Part shown: positions 19,691-28,572 of the stretch, one piece after another | Layout: the number at the start of each line of letters is the position of its first letter | Numbering within the stretch: position 1 is the stretch's first letter | Assembly (NCBI GenBank): GCA_051652765.1 | Contig: JBOFUV010000045.1 | Location: 1-31,540, forward strand | DNA length: 31,540 nucleotides | Reading direction: 5' to 3' | DNA from: Microcoleaceae cyanobacterium | Lineage (GTDB): Bacteria > Cyanobacteriota > Cyanobacteriia > Cyanobacteriales > Microcoleaceae | Made by a program: the position numbers and the translations under genes | Notes under the pieces: generated by a model | The model's database searches: none | Told to the model about the DNA's origin: nothing | Seen by the model: only the letters and a program-made list of their open reading frames with translations

Positions 19691-22039
19691 TTATTGAACC
19701 TGCCAATCCTGGATTCTCCAAGGTTGACCCTCTTTGCGAATCAACTGATACTGAATCTGCAAAGCATCATCCTGAGAACCAGAAACCTGACCATTCTCAT
19801 AAAACTGAACGGCTTCTTGGACTTCGGTCTCAGCAACAGCCCGATTCGGGTCACTTTCATTCACCTTCACTGACTTGATTGTCAATTTATGTTTGTAGAT
19901 TCGATGAGCCCCTTCTTGCTTCAGGGTTTCTGCCCGATTCACCCATTGGCTAAGAGAAGGCTCGACCAAAATTTCCCGGATTTCCTCAATGGTGCGTTCT
20001 GGGCCTAGGGCCTTTTCTTTGATTGCAAGCCATTTCCGAATAACTTGCTCGGCCATCTCCGGAGTGATTTCACCCGTTGTAGCTACTACGGGTTCTGGCT
20101 CAGGAATCAGGATTGGAGGCTGATCCAGTCGAACTAGGGCTTGCTCTCCTTGCAGAGTTGTAGACCCAGACTCTCCCCCCTGAAGCGCCTTTGAGAATAA
20201 TCCAAAGATCGAACTGAGTAGCCACAACAGTAGCCAAACAGCTAAAACACTCACTGCTCCCAGGAAAAGAAGGCGACGGAGCTTAACTGGATCAAATTTA
20301 GAGTTGCGTCGCCCAGGGACTGAACGGCGATCACCAGAGCCAACTGAAACCTCAGGCTCAGCACCTCCTCGCCGCCCTCGAGACGCAGAAAGCCTAGAAG
20401 CTGGGTTGGCCTCATCTGGAGGTAAAGATTCATAAGCAATAGGATCTATAGTCTGTTGATCCTGGAGTGAGGTTGTGCCCAAGCCCAGATCCGCCGTAGA
20501 AGTCGCCTCAAAGGAGGTTGGAGCAGGAGTGCCCATGGTTTCCCCTGAACCTGAAATAGCTGAACCCGCAATGGCTGAACCTGCAATGGTGGAGGCTGCC
20601 AGGGTTGCTGTGCCCAGGGTGGAATCCTGAGAACCAGAGAAGCTGACCTCTGTTGAAGTTGGGGTTATTCGTTGAGCCGGAGCTGTTGTCGAACCTGTTC
20701 GTCGGGGATGGACGACAACCCACTCGTTCGCATTGCCGACTTCTGTTGACAGGGCTTCTAGGTAAGACTGGACATGGGTATCAGCAAAATAATCCTTCAG
20801 GGAAACAGTGCGACTTACCAAGTCCCGAAAGTGAGGGAAAACCTCATCCTGGAGCCAACGTTCAGCATAAAGACAAAGCCCTGGCAGCAAATCGGGTGCG
20901 TCTTTGGATTGTTCCCGAATAAAGGCAATGGGTTCTTGTTCTTGACTTAATTCTAGGGCCCGACTCGCTTCTTCTGTCTGACCTAACAGCAAAGAACAAA
21001 CCGCTTTCTCCAAGTGAACATCTTGCCGTCGTCCTAGCTGCATTAACATCAACTTGGCCTTCCGGATAAGAGCGGGCTGAGCGTTCGCAAAACCTTGGGC
21101 AATTAAGGCGTAGACCGTTAGATACGTTGCAACCGCCGAAGGACGACGAGCTTCTACTTCAAATAGCCCTTGCTGCTCTGTCGTCGTCAGGTAGCGCCGG
21201 AGATGCTGTACAAATCGCAGGAAATCCTCAACGTTTAGACCTGAGTGATCATCTCCATGCCCATCAATGCCACCTCGTTCCTGGAGCATTTCCCGCAAGA
21301 GTTGTAACCCCTGCCGTCGTTCATTGGCTTGCTCATTTGGACGTTGGAGCAGTTCTAGAATACGATGGGGCCGCAACTTATAAAGATCTGCTTGAATATC
21401 TCCCCGCAAGTTGGGAAACAAATTTTCTTGTAGCAATAAATTCTGGCCAATTTCCAAGGAGTCGGCAGCCTTTTCATGTTGACCCTGCTGCCATTGTTCT
21501 CGCCCTAACTCTAGATAGGCAAGTCCTGCAGTTAGAATTACATCTGGCAAAATTAATTCTGGGTCGCCAAAGCGTCCATCTCGTAAACCAATCGCACCAT
21601 TACTAAGATAAGGAGCGCTGATTTTGACAACTTGCTCATATTCTCCCAATTCATACAGAATGAGCAAGGCTCCGATGAAGTCCTTGTCATCAATTTCAAC
21701 ACTGGGAGTGTGTTCTTCGACCCTAGGTACTCCATCAACATCCTCAGCCGCCTTCTTGAAACCCGGTTTTAAATCTGGTTTCAAATCTGACATCTGAGAG
21801 TCAGTCTCGTACTCATAGGTCTTAGCCAAGAAGCCTTTGTCATAGGCTCGACGCTGGTCGAGATCAGACAACACTCCATGTGCCTCATCAATCAAGTGCT
21901 TCCGAGCTTCAATCGCGATATCTGAATACTCCCGTCGCGGAAGCTGAGCAGTGCGATCACGATGAGCCTGCCTCAGTTGATCTGCAGTTGCTTGGATCGG
22001 TAAGCCTAAAATTCGGTAATAGTCAAGGGGAATACGCAC
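19691..22039 (-). CDS. ftn2: Cell division protein Ftn2/ZipN (ARC6 homologue)
   Basis: GTG start giving MRIPLDYYRILG (J-like domain lacking HPD), DLYKLRP.RILELL, a TM helix, and a C-terminal IMS/DUF4101-like domain; divergent from pdhA. Confidence 0.92.
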   Translation of the reverse strand: MRIPLDYYRILGLPIQATADQLRQAHRDRTAQLPRREYSDIAIEARKHLIDEAHGVLSDLDQRRAYDKGFLAKTYEYETDSQMSDLKPDLKPGFKKAAEDVDGVPRVEEHTPSVEIDDKDFIGALLILYELGEYEQVVKISAPYLSNGAIGLRDGRFGDPELILPDVILTAGLAYLELGREQWQQGQHEKAADSLEIGQNLLLQENLFPNLRGDIQADLYKLRPHRILELLQRPNEQANERRQGLQLLREMLQERGGIDGHGDDHSGLNVEDFLRFVQHLRRYLTTTEQQGLFEVEARRPSAVATYLTVYALIAQGFANAQPALIRKAKLMLMQLGRRQDVHLEKAVCSLLLGQTEEASRALELSQEQEPIAFIREQSKDAPDLLPGLCLYAERWLQDEVFPHFRDLVSRTVSLKDYFADTHVQSYLEALSTEVGNANEWVVVHPRRTGSTTAPAQRITPTSTEVSFSGSQDSTLGTATLAASTIAGSAIAGSAISGSGETMGTPAPTSFEATSTADLGLGTTSLQDQQTIDPIAYESLPPDEANPASRLSASRGRRGGAEPEVSVGSGDRRSVPGRRNSKFDPVKLRRLLFLGAVSVLAVWLLLWLLSSIFGLFSKALQGGESGSTTLQGEQALVRLDQPPILIPEPEPVVATTGEITPEMAEQVIRKWLAIKEKALGPERTIEEIREILVEPSLSQWVNRAETLKQEGAHRIYKHKLTIKSVKVNESDPNRAVAETEVQEAVQFYENGQVSGSQDDALQIQYQLIRKEGQPWRIQDWQVQ

Positions 22040-22442
22040 GAGCCACTTCCTCAATGGCGAGCAATAAATGCAGCAGGCATCGCTAAAGCGACAAACCTGT
22101 GAAGTATCTTGGGTAACACTTTAGACTAGCAGTATTCAGCACAGAATGACTCAGCTTTCACTGCTAGACCCTTCCTTAACCCCGAGAACAGGGTGAAGAA
22201 AGCTTTTATTGCTTGAACTACCCATTCAGTGTATCAGAATCCCGAAGCTATAGTGTCAGAGATTGCTAGAGATAAAAAACCAAGTGAACCACTCTTATAT
22301 TGATGCCTCTACCGATGGCTTTACAGTTGGAGGTAGGGACTTCCCGAAGAAGCTAAGATAGTGTTACTCTAAGCAATTCTAGTACAGGGCTGAGATTCAC
22401 GTATTTTGTTCAACTCATTCTGTTCGAAGGACACGAAAAAGC

Positions 22443-23474
22443 ATGGTTCAGGAACGCTCACTGCCTACATTTCAGACTGATACCGTTGCAATCACCCGTG
22501 AAGAGGGCTTGATGCTGTACGAAGATATGGTTTTGGGACGCTTTTTTGAAGACAAGTGTGCCGAGATGTACTACCGAGGCAAGATGTTTGGGTTCGTACA
22601 CCTCTACAATGGCCAGGAAGCAGTCTCAACGGGGATGATTCGCGCCCTCCGTCGAGATGAAGATTACGTTTGTAGCACCTACCGAGATCATGTCCATGCC
22701 CTGAGTGCCGGAGTTCCTGCGCGAGAAGTCATGGCTGAACTTTTTGGCAAAGAAACTGGATGCTCTAAGGGACGGGGCGGTTCTATGCATATGTTCTCCA
22801 GTCAACACAAGCTTTTAGGCGGATTTGCCTTTGTCGCTGAGGGAATCCCCGTGGCAACGGGAGCTGCATTTCAGGCCAAGTATCGTCGAGAGGCCATGGG
22901 AGATGCGTCTGCCGATCAGGTCGCAGTTTGCTTCTTCGGGGATGGGGCTTGTAATAATGGTCAGTTTTATGAATGTTTAAATATGGCAACCCTCTGGAGT
23001 TTGCCAATTATCTATGTTGTTGAGAATAACAAGTGGGCCATTGGTATGGCTCATGAGCGGGCCACCTCTGATCCTGAAATCTACAAGAAAGGCCCTGCTT
23101 TTGGAATGCCGGGGTATGAGGTTGATGGCATGGATGTGTTAGCCGTGAGAGCGTTAGCCCAGACCGCAGTGGCTCGGGCCAGAGCCGGAGAAGGCCCGAC
23201 CTTGATTGAAGCACTTACCTATCGGTTCCGGGGTCATTCTTTGGCTGATCCTGATGAACTGAGAGCTAAAGAGGAAAAAGAATTCTGGTTCGCCCGCGAT
23301 CCCATTCAGAAGCTGGCAACTCATCTCGTTGAACATAACTTAGCCAGTTCAGAAGAGCTAAAAGAGATTGAGAAAAGAATTCAGGGTGTGATTGACGATG
23401 CCGTTGAGTTTGCAGAAACCAGCCCTGAACCTGATCCCAGTGAGCTGCGTCGTTATATTTTTGCAGAGGACTAG
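22443..23474 (+). CDS. pdhA: Pyruvate dehydrogenase E1 alpha subunit
   Basis: [19 protein letters not shown], the TPP motif GDGA...NN, and [13 protein letters not shown]. Confidence 0.98.
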   Translation: MVQERSLPTFQTDTVAITREEGLMLYEDMVLGRFFEDKCAEMYYRGKMFGFVHLYNGQEAVSTGMIRALRRDEDYVCSTYRDHVHALSAGVPAREVMAELFGKETGCSKGRGGSMHMFSSQHKLLGGFAFVAEGIPVATGAAFQAKYRREAMGDASADQVAVCFFGDGACNNGQFYECLNMATLWSLPIIYVVENNKWAIGMAHERATSDPEIYKKGPAFGMPGYEVDGMDVLAVRALAQTAVARARAGEGPTLIEALTYRFRGHSLADPDELRAKEEKEFWFARDPIQKLATHLVEHNLASSEELKEIEKRIQGVIDDAVEFAETSPEPDPSELRRYIFAED

Positions 23475-24124
23475 AGTCGGCTGTCCAGCCAGGGCCACAG
23501 ATCAACATCCTGAAAGTCGTCAATCACTCGACTGGCCCCAAAGGCTTTCAAAGATTTGGGGTCATGGGTTGTGGCCACTCCAACCGTTTCAATTCCGGCT
23601 CCCACGGCTGATCGAATTCCTGCAGGAGAATCTTCAAAAACAATGGCTTCATCGGCTTGAATTCCAAGTTGTTCCAGGCAGAATTGATAGGGGGCCGGAT
23701 CGGGTTTCCCCGCAATCATCTCCTCCCCTAGGACCACGGTTTTAAAGCGGTCTCGCAGGTGCAGAACCGTTAGCATGAATTCTGCATTTTTTCGGGGAGC
23801 ATTGGTCACGACTGCTGTTTTCAAACTTCGATCTTCCAGCCAGGTTAGTGCTTCTAAAACCCCAGCCAAAGGAGTTAAGTTCAACGCAATCTCCCGAAAC
23901 CGAGCCTCTTTATGCTCCGCAAACTGTTTCACCTCTGTCTCAGACAATTGGGGCAACAAGTCAACAATAATCTCAGGATTTTGCCGACCACTCACTTTAG
24001 CCTGATAAAACGGCTGATCAATTTCAAGCTGGTACGCTTTTAAAATTTCCTGCCAAACTTGAAAGTGCAGCGGATCAGTATTTACGAGTGTGCCATCAAG
24101 GTCAAACAGAATTGCTCTCAGCAT
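23471..24124 (-). CDS. HAD-IA hydrolase (beta-phosphoglucomutase/CbbY-like)
   Basis: [17 protein letters not shown] and FEDS..GI.SA. Confidence 0.9.
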   Translation of the reverse strand: MLRAILFDLDGTLVNTDPLHFQVWQEILKAYQLEIDQPFYQAKVSGRQNPEIIVDLLPQLSETEVKQFAEHKEARFREIALNLTPLAGVLEALTWLEDRSLKTAVVTNAPRKNAEFMLTVLHLRDRFKTVVLGEEMIAGKPDPAPYQFCLEQLGIQADEAIVFEDSPAGIRSAVGAGIETVGVATTHDPKSLKAFGASRVIDDFQDVDLWPWLDSRL

Positions 24125-24135
24125 AGATTGATAAT

Positions 24136-25818
24136 ATGACTGTTTTAATCCGGCCTCTCCCGCTCAATGTTGTCCATTTGATTGCTGCCAGTGAAGTCAT
24201 TGACTCGTTGGCGGCTGTGGTTCGGGAATTGGTTGAGAATAGCCTGGATGCAGGGGCAACTCGAATGACCGTGTCCCTTTGGCCAGAACAGTGGCGAGTT
24301 CAAGTCACAGATAATGGCATCGGCATCAATTTAACCAACTTGAAACAGGCAGCAACTGCTCACAGCACCAGTAAAATCAGTACCTTGGCAGACCTAAACC
24401 AGGTGAGAAGTCTGGGGTTTCGGGGGGAAGCGCTTCATAGTTTAGCACAGCTCGCCAACCTAGAGATTGCCAGTCGATGTGCCGAAGCATCAGGATGGCG
24501 CATCAGTTATGATTCTCAGGGCAAACCAATCAAAACAGAGGCAGTCGCGATCGCCCCTGGAACGATTATCACAGTTTCTAATCTGTTTACCCATTGGCCC
24601 GCCCGCCGTCAAGCCCTGCCGTCTCCCGCCCAACAATTGCGAGGTGTGCAGCTTTTGATCCAGTCCATCGCCCTGTGCCATCCCCACGTCACTTGGCAAA
24701 TTTTCCAAGGTGCTATTCCCTGGTTGCAGATTAATCCAGGGGAAAATGCTCAGTTTATTTTGCCCCAACTCCTACGAAGTATTCGGCTGAGCGATTTGCA
24801 GTATCTGAGGTCAAAGCTGAAAGCCCAAGGGTCAACCCAGCAAAATCAGAGTCTAGACATGACTGGAGCCATTGAACTGGTGCTGGGACTACCCGATCGG
24901 TGTCATCGTCGCCGACCGGATTGGGTAAAAGTGGCGGTAAATGGCCGCATGGTGCGATTACCCGAAATCGAACAAACCGTCCTCAGTGCCCTCAGTCGAA
25001 CCTGCCCCCGCGATCGCTATCCAGTCTGCTTTGTGCATCTGCAAGTTCCGGCTGAACAGGTCGATTGGAATCGTCATCCCGCCAAGGAAGAGATTTATCT
25101 GCACAATTTACCCGATTGGCAAAATCAAGTCCACCAAGGGATTGACCAGGCTCTGCGGTTAAATGCGGCAGAACTTTTGGTTCCCCTCCATCGCGCTGAA
25201 ACCTTGTTAAAAGTTTCAGAAAATGCCGGTACTTATCAGGCGGCTGCTGCTCACCCAAAGCGAGAGGAATGGGGGCTTTTGGAGTTGAAGGCGATCGCCC
25301 AAGTCCACAACACCTACATTGTGGCAGAGCATCCCAACGGTCTTTGGCTCGTGGAGCAACACATTGCCCATGAACGAGTCCTGTTCGAGCAGATTTGTGA
25401 TGCTTGGCAACTCGTGCCCTTGGAACCGCCAATTGTCTTGCAACAGCTTACAGAATCTCAGTTAGAGCAACTCCAGCGGTTGAACTTAGAGGTTGATCCC
25501 TTCGGTGAAAACCTCTGGGCCGTTCGGAATGCCCCGGCACTCTTGGCTCAACGTTCAGACTGTGCAGAGGCCCTAACCGAACTCAGTTTGAGCGGTGACT
25601 TGCCCGCCGCTCAAGCCGCAACGGCCTGTCGCAGTGCGATTCGCAATGGCACACCCTTGAGTCTGTCAGAAATGCAGACCTTGCTCGATCAATGGGTCAG
25701 AACCCCTAATCCCCGCACCTGTCCCCACGGTCGCCCGATCTATCTGCGGTTGGATGAATCCTCTCTCGCCCGCTTCTTCCGTCGTCATTGGGTGATTGGC
25801 AAAAGTCATGGTATTTGA
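24136..25818 (+). CDS. mutL: DNA mismatch repair endonuclease MutL
   Basis: ELVENSLDAGA, DNG.G, TSKI and LGFRGEALHS; C-terminal EQHIAHERVLFE, ACR and CPHGRP endonuclease motifs. Confidence 0.96.
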   Translation: MTVLIRPLPLNVVHLIAASEVIDSLAAVVRELVENSLDAGATRMTVSLWPEQWRVQVTDNGIGINLTNLKQAATAHSTSKISTLADLNQVRSLGFRGEALHSLAQLANLEIASRCAEASGWRISYDSQGKPIKTEAVAIAPGTIITVSNLFTHWPARRQALPSPAQQLRGVQLLIQSIALCHPHVTWQIFQGAIPWLQINPGENAQFILPQLLRSIRLSDLQYLRSKLKAQGSTQQNQSLDMTGAIELVLGLPDRCHRRRPDWVKVAVNGRMVRLPEIEQTVLSALSRTCPRDRYPVCFVHLQVPAEQVDWNRHPAKEEIYLHNLPDWQNQVHQGIDQALRLNAAELLVPLHRAETLLKVSENAGTYQAAAAHPKREEWGLLELKAIAQVHNTYIVAEHPNGLWLVEQHIAHERVLFEQICDAWQLVPLEPPIVLQQLTESQLEQLQRLNLEVDPFGENLWAVRNAPALLAQRSDCAEALTELSLSGDLPAAQAATACRSAIRNGTPLSLSEMQTLLDQWVRTPNPRTCPHGRPIYLRLDESSLARFFRRHWVIGKSHGI

Positions 25819-26104
25819 ATTTGTTCTCCTGGATTATGGGCCTTTATAGAACCCATTTGGTATCTATCTAACCCGTAGCAAGTCTTTTGAGCATCAACCG
25901 GACAAAGCAAAGATTAACCTTATCATTTCTGACGGTTGGGTTTACAGATGAAACAGTGGTTGATGGAGTTGGAGATGACATCTTTATTAACCTGGGTTGC
26001 TTAACTCAGGAGCAGTATCTCGGCCTGATTTTTTAGCTGGTGCACCTAGGCGATCGCTGAATTAAACCCCGGAAAAGTAGCCGTTCAAGGTTGGGCAAAA
26101 TGCG

Positions 26105-26460
26105 AATGCGGGTTTGGTATGAGATCAATGCGGGTTTGGTGTGAGATCAAGGCGGGTTTAGTAAAAGATCAACGCTGGTTTGGTGTGAGATCAATGCAGG
26201 TGCGAAGCACGATCAACTTAATCTTAGTTTGAGATCAACTTGATCTGAGTGTGAGATCAATCCAGGTACGAAGCACGATCAACTTGATCTGAGTGTGAGA
26301 TCAACGGGCAAGTGCTCTGCGATCAACTTGATCTGGGTGTGAGATCAACGGGCAAGTGCTCTGCGATCAACTTGATCTGGGTGTGAGATCAACGGGCAAG
26401 TACTCTGTGATCAAGTTGATCTTAGTGTGAGATCAATGGGGGTTCGATGAACGATCAATC
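26105..26460. repeat. 22-bp-period array: invariant GATCAA plus variable 16-nt inserts (16 hexamers)
   Basis: GATCAA begins at 26123, 26145, 26167 and so on to 26453, always exactly 22 bp apart. Confidence 0.97.
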
Positions 26461-26503
26461 TGAACTTAAGTGTAACCCACCACGGATTTATTCAATCATC
26501 AAG

Positions 26504-26587
26504 CTAGAAATAATCTCTTCCATCATAGTGCTTGAGCCGAATCACATCACGTACCTGATCCAGTAGCTTTTTGAGACGTTGTTCCAT
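26504..26587 (-). pseudogene. intI: Truncated integron integrase (N-terminal 21 codons only)
   Basis: My translation is MEQRLKKLLDQVRDVIRLKHY-DGRDYF*. The first 21 aa match the integron-integrase N-terminal pattern (LLDQVR..IR.KHYS), and the remnant is divergent from the attI and cassette array as in canonical integrons. Confidence 0.85.
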
Positions 26588-26593
26588 TGCAGG

Positions 26594-26698
26594 ATAGACA
26601 GAAAGTTTCAGTCTAAAATCTTCACAATTCGATGCTAAGCCGAAAAAACCTGGATAACCTGCATATACGGAAAGTTTCAATCTAATAACTCGTTAGAC
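26594..26698 (+). other. attI-like integron attachment site
   Basis: L box ATCTAAT (26680-86), 5-bp spacer AACTC and R box GTTAGAC (26692-98), the same 7-5-7 geometry as attI1. Upstream direct repeat GAAAGTTTCA(G/A)TCTAA at 26601 and 26670. Confidence 0.75.
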
Positions 26699-26929
26699 CG
26701 CAGCTTTGAAACGTATTACATCATAACGAGGAAAATCCTATGCCTGATATCGTAGTACTCAGCGGGGTAATGACGAGTTCAGATTGCTCCTTGTGAATTG
26801 GGATAGACATTGATTTAGCTCAAGGCTATGTGGAGAAGGTAATCCCCAAACTAGGCTGGAGTAGATGCCCAAAATTAGCAGAGTTGTGTTTCTAAACCTA
26901 TCATCAGAACTAAATTTGAGAGGACATTC

Positions 26930-27487
26930 ATGCCAGAGAACTTAAAAATTGGGGCATTCGTCTTCGGGGCAATTCTTGTATTGATTGCTCTACTTGGAGG
27001 TAACTTCAAGGTCTTTGGGGCTGAGGTGGCGGCAACTATTTCTAATCGGTTCTTGCGTTTTGTGGCATTTGCATTAGGTGCAACCTTCTTGGTTGTAGCA
27101 ATGCACCCGCCTAATCTTGGAAACGGATCGGTTGCCCCCGATCCAACTTCTTCATCCCACCCACAATCAACAACTAGTTCACTTTCTCCACAGACTACAC
27201 AGTCAGTTCCCTCAACTGTTACGCCTTCTCCTGTACCAACAGAAAATAGTTCTTCCTGCACCCTAACAATCAGCAACACCTTAGTATCATTGATGAGTGA
27301 ACCCGAACGACTCAGCCGACAGATTGCTAAAGTAAGACCTGGTGAATATACTTCTTTGGATCATAAGATAACGAGTTTTCATGGTCTAAAAGAGGAAGGA
27401 TGGTTCCAAATCGAGGTAGAAGGTCGAAGGGGTTGGATAGCTGATGATACATGGACAATTGACAGGAAAAGTAGTTCATGCCCGTAA
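26930..27487 (+). CDS. Membrane-anchored protein: 2 TM helices, Ser/Thr/Pro linker, C-terminal SH3b-like domain
   Basis: RBS GAGG; GWFQIEVEGRRGWI is typical of bacterial SH3 domains; two Cys bracket the domain. Confidence 0.7.
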   Translation: MPENLKIGAFVFGAILVLIALLGGNFKVFGAEVAATISNRFLRFVAFALGATFLVVAMHPPNLGNGSVAPDPTSSSHPQSTTSSLSPQTTQSVPSTVTPSPVPTENSSSCTLTISNTLVSLMSEPERLSRQIAKVRPGEYTSLDHKITSFHGLKEEGWFQIEVEGRRGWIADDTWTIDRKSSSCP

Positions 27488-27510
27488 TGCATAATACAAG
27501 GAAATAGACT

Positions 27511-27831
27511 ATGGAGATCCTTCCCTTCATCATCATTGCTGTCGCTGGATTGCTGATTGTAGGAATCTTTGTTTCCTTAATCGCAACTTTCATACGCAAT
27601 GCTTCCTCACCTCGTCTTGCCAGAGAAGCCCGCGTTGTTGGCAAGCGTTTGGATGTCTCAGGTGGGAAAAATGGATCTTCCACCTATTACTACGCGACTT
27701 TTGAATTTCCTGATGGAAGCCGTGAAGAATTTGGTGTGGGTTCCAAAATTTATGGGATGTTGGCAGAAGGAGATTTGGGGACACTGCATTCTCAAGGAAC
27801 GTATGTGTGGGAATTTAATCGGCGAACTTGA
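27511..27831 (+). CDS. DUF2500-like membrane-anchored protein
   Basis: N-terminal TM helix, A.VVGKR..VS, TYYYATFEF..G.R.EF.V and YGMLAEGD.GTL..QGT. Confidence 0.75.
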   Translation: MEILPFIIIAVAGLLIVGIFVSLIATFIRNASSPRLAREARVVGKRLDVSGGKNGSSTYYYATFEFPDGSREEFGVGSKIYGMLAEGDLGTLHSQGTYVWEFNRRT

Positions 27832-27924
27832 AAAGCTCTCAGCACAAGTGGCTTGGCCAATTACGCATAATCCTTGAGTCCAAAGTACAATGAATGCAGT
27901 TCGTTATCAAATCCCTAAATAGCC

Positions 27925-28155
27925 ATGACACTTGAAAATCTTGAGGCTGAAGTCCTTTCACTTCCGAGAGACTCTCAAGCAACATTATTAGCTCGGCTCT
28001 TGGAGCATTTGGGTCAAAGCAATGAAATTGATCAAGAAGTGGCATCTGTCTGGGCTGAGGAAGCTGAACTACGCGATCAGGCAATGGATGACGGGCAAAC
28101 TGCTGGAGTTCCTGCTCAACAAGTGTTTCAGCGAATTCGTGCGTCTTGGCAATGA
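27925..28155 (+). CDS. Addiction-module antitoxin (Unstab_antitox/TIGR02574-like)
   Basis: 76 aa, acidic; L.LP...A.L...LL..L and W.EEAE.R; stop overlaps the toxin start (ATGA). Confidence 0.85.
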   Translation: MTLENLEAEVLSLPRDSQATLLARLLEHLGQSNEIDQEVASVWAEEAELRDQAMDDGQTAGVPAQQVFQRIRASWQ

Positions 28156-28448
28156 AAAACGTTGTATTTCATCCACTAGCGGAACAAGAGTTACTTGATG
28201 CCGCGACCTATTACGAGGAGCAAAGAGTTGGGCTTGGGCTAGAGTACCTAGAAGAAGTAGAACACGCAGTCAACTTCCTCACACGGTATCCTGAAGCTGG
28301 TTCCAAAGTTCGAGGCTTTGTGCGTCGTCTAACTTTACCCAAGTTCCCCTACTCCCTCTTGTATCGCTTGTTAGAAAATGACCAGATTCGTATTTTGGCA
28401 GTGGCGCACCACAAGCGTAGACCACAATATTGGCTTGATCGAGAGTAG
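28152..28448 (+). CDS. Type II toxin, RelE/ParE family
   Basis: FHPLAEQEL.DA..YYE, P.AG, RR..L.KFPYSLLY and ILAVAH.KRRP.YW; ATG at 28152. Confidence 0.9.
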   Translation: MKNVVFHPLAEQELLDAATYYEEQRVGLGLEYLEEVEHAVNFLTRYPEAGSKVRGFVRRLTLPKFPYSLLYRLLENDQIRILAVAHHKRRPQYWLDRE

Positions 28449-28457
28449 TTGGCGGCG

Positions 28458-28543
28458 GTCTAACAATGCGTTGGTGCGGACGGGCGAGAGATCTTGGTGC
28501 TGAGTTCGAGATTATCTGCCGCCGCTTATCTCAGTCGTTATAC
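28458..28543 (+). other. attC site 1 (86 bp; L boxes degenerate)
   Basis: R'' GTCTAAC lies 9 bp after the toxin stop and R' is GTTATAC. Internal imperfect inverted repeat; central region similar to attC 2. Confidence 0.8.
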
Positions 28544-28572
28544 GGCAAGCATCCACTTCGGAATCCCGGCCA

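Larger units (their letters stand above)
26693..28537 (+). mobile_element. Gene cassette 1 (1845 bp, four ORFs)
   Basis: Starts G|TTAGACCGC; its attC begins with the reverse complement GCGGTCTAAC (28455-64). Confidence 0.75.

Noticed and set aside
22055..22442. SRP RNA or other ncRNA between ftn2 and pdhA
   Set aside because: I found no SRP helix-8-like CAGG..CGGAAG..AGCAG motif on either strand and no tRNA-like fold.
26105..26460. CRISPR array
   Set aside because: The constant part is only 6 bp, the 16-nt inserts recur rather than being unique, and there are no cas genes in the window.
26588..26700. LexA box or cassette promoter Pc near the intI stub
   Set aside because: No match to the cyanobacterial LexA consensus (RGTAC-N4-GTWC) was seen. 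TAAAAT at 26614-19 lacks a properly spaced -35.
26875..28084. Minus-strand ORFs over cassette 1 (26875-27279, 27327-27683, 27590-27784, 27839-28084)
   Set aside because: They lie opposite plus-strand genes with recognisable domains.
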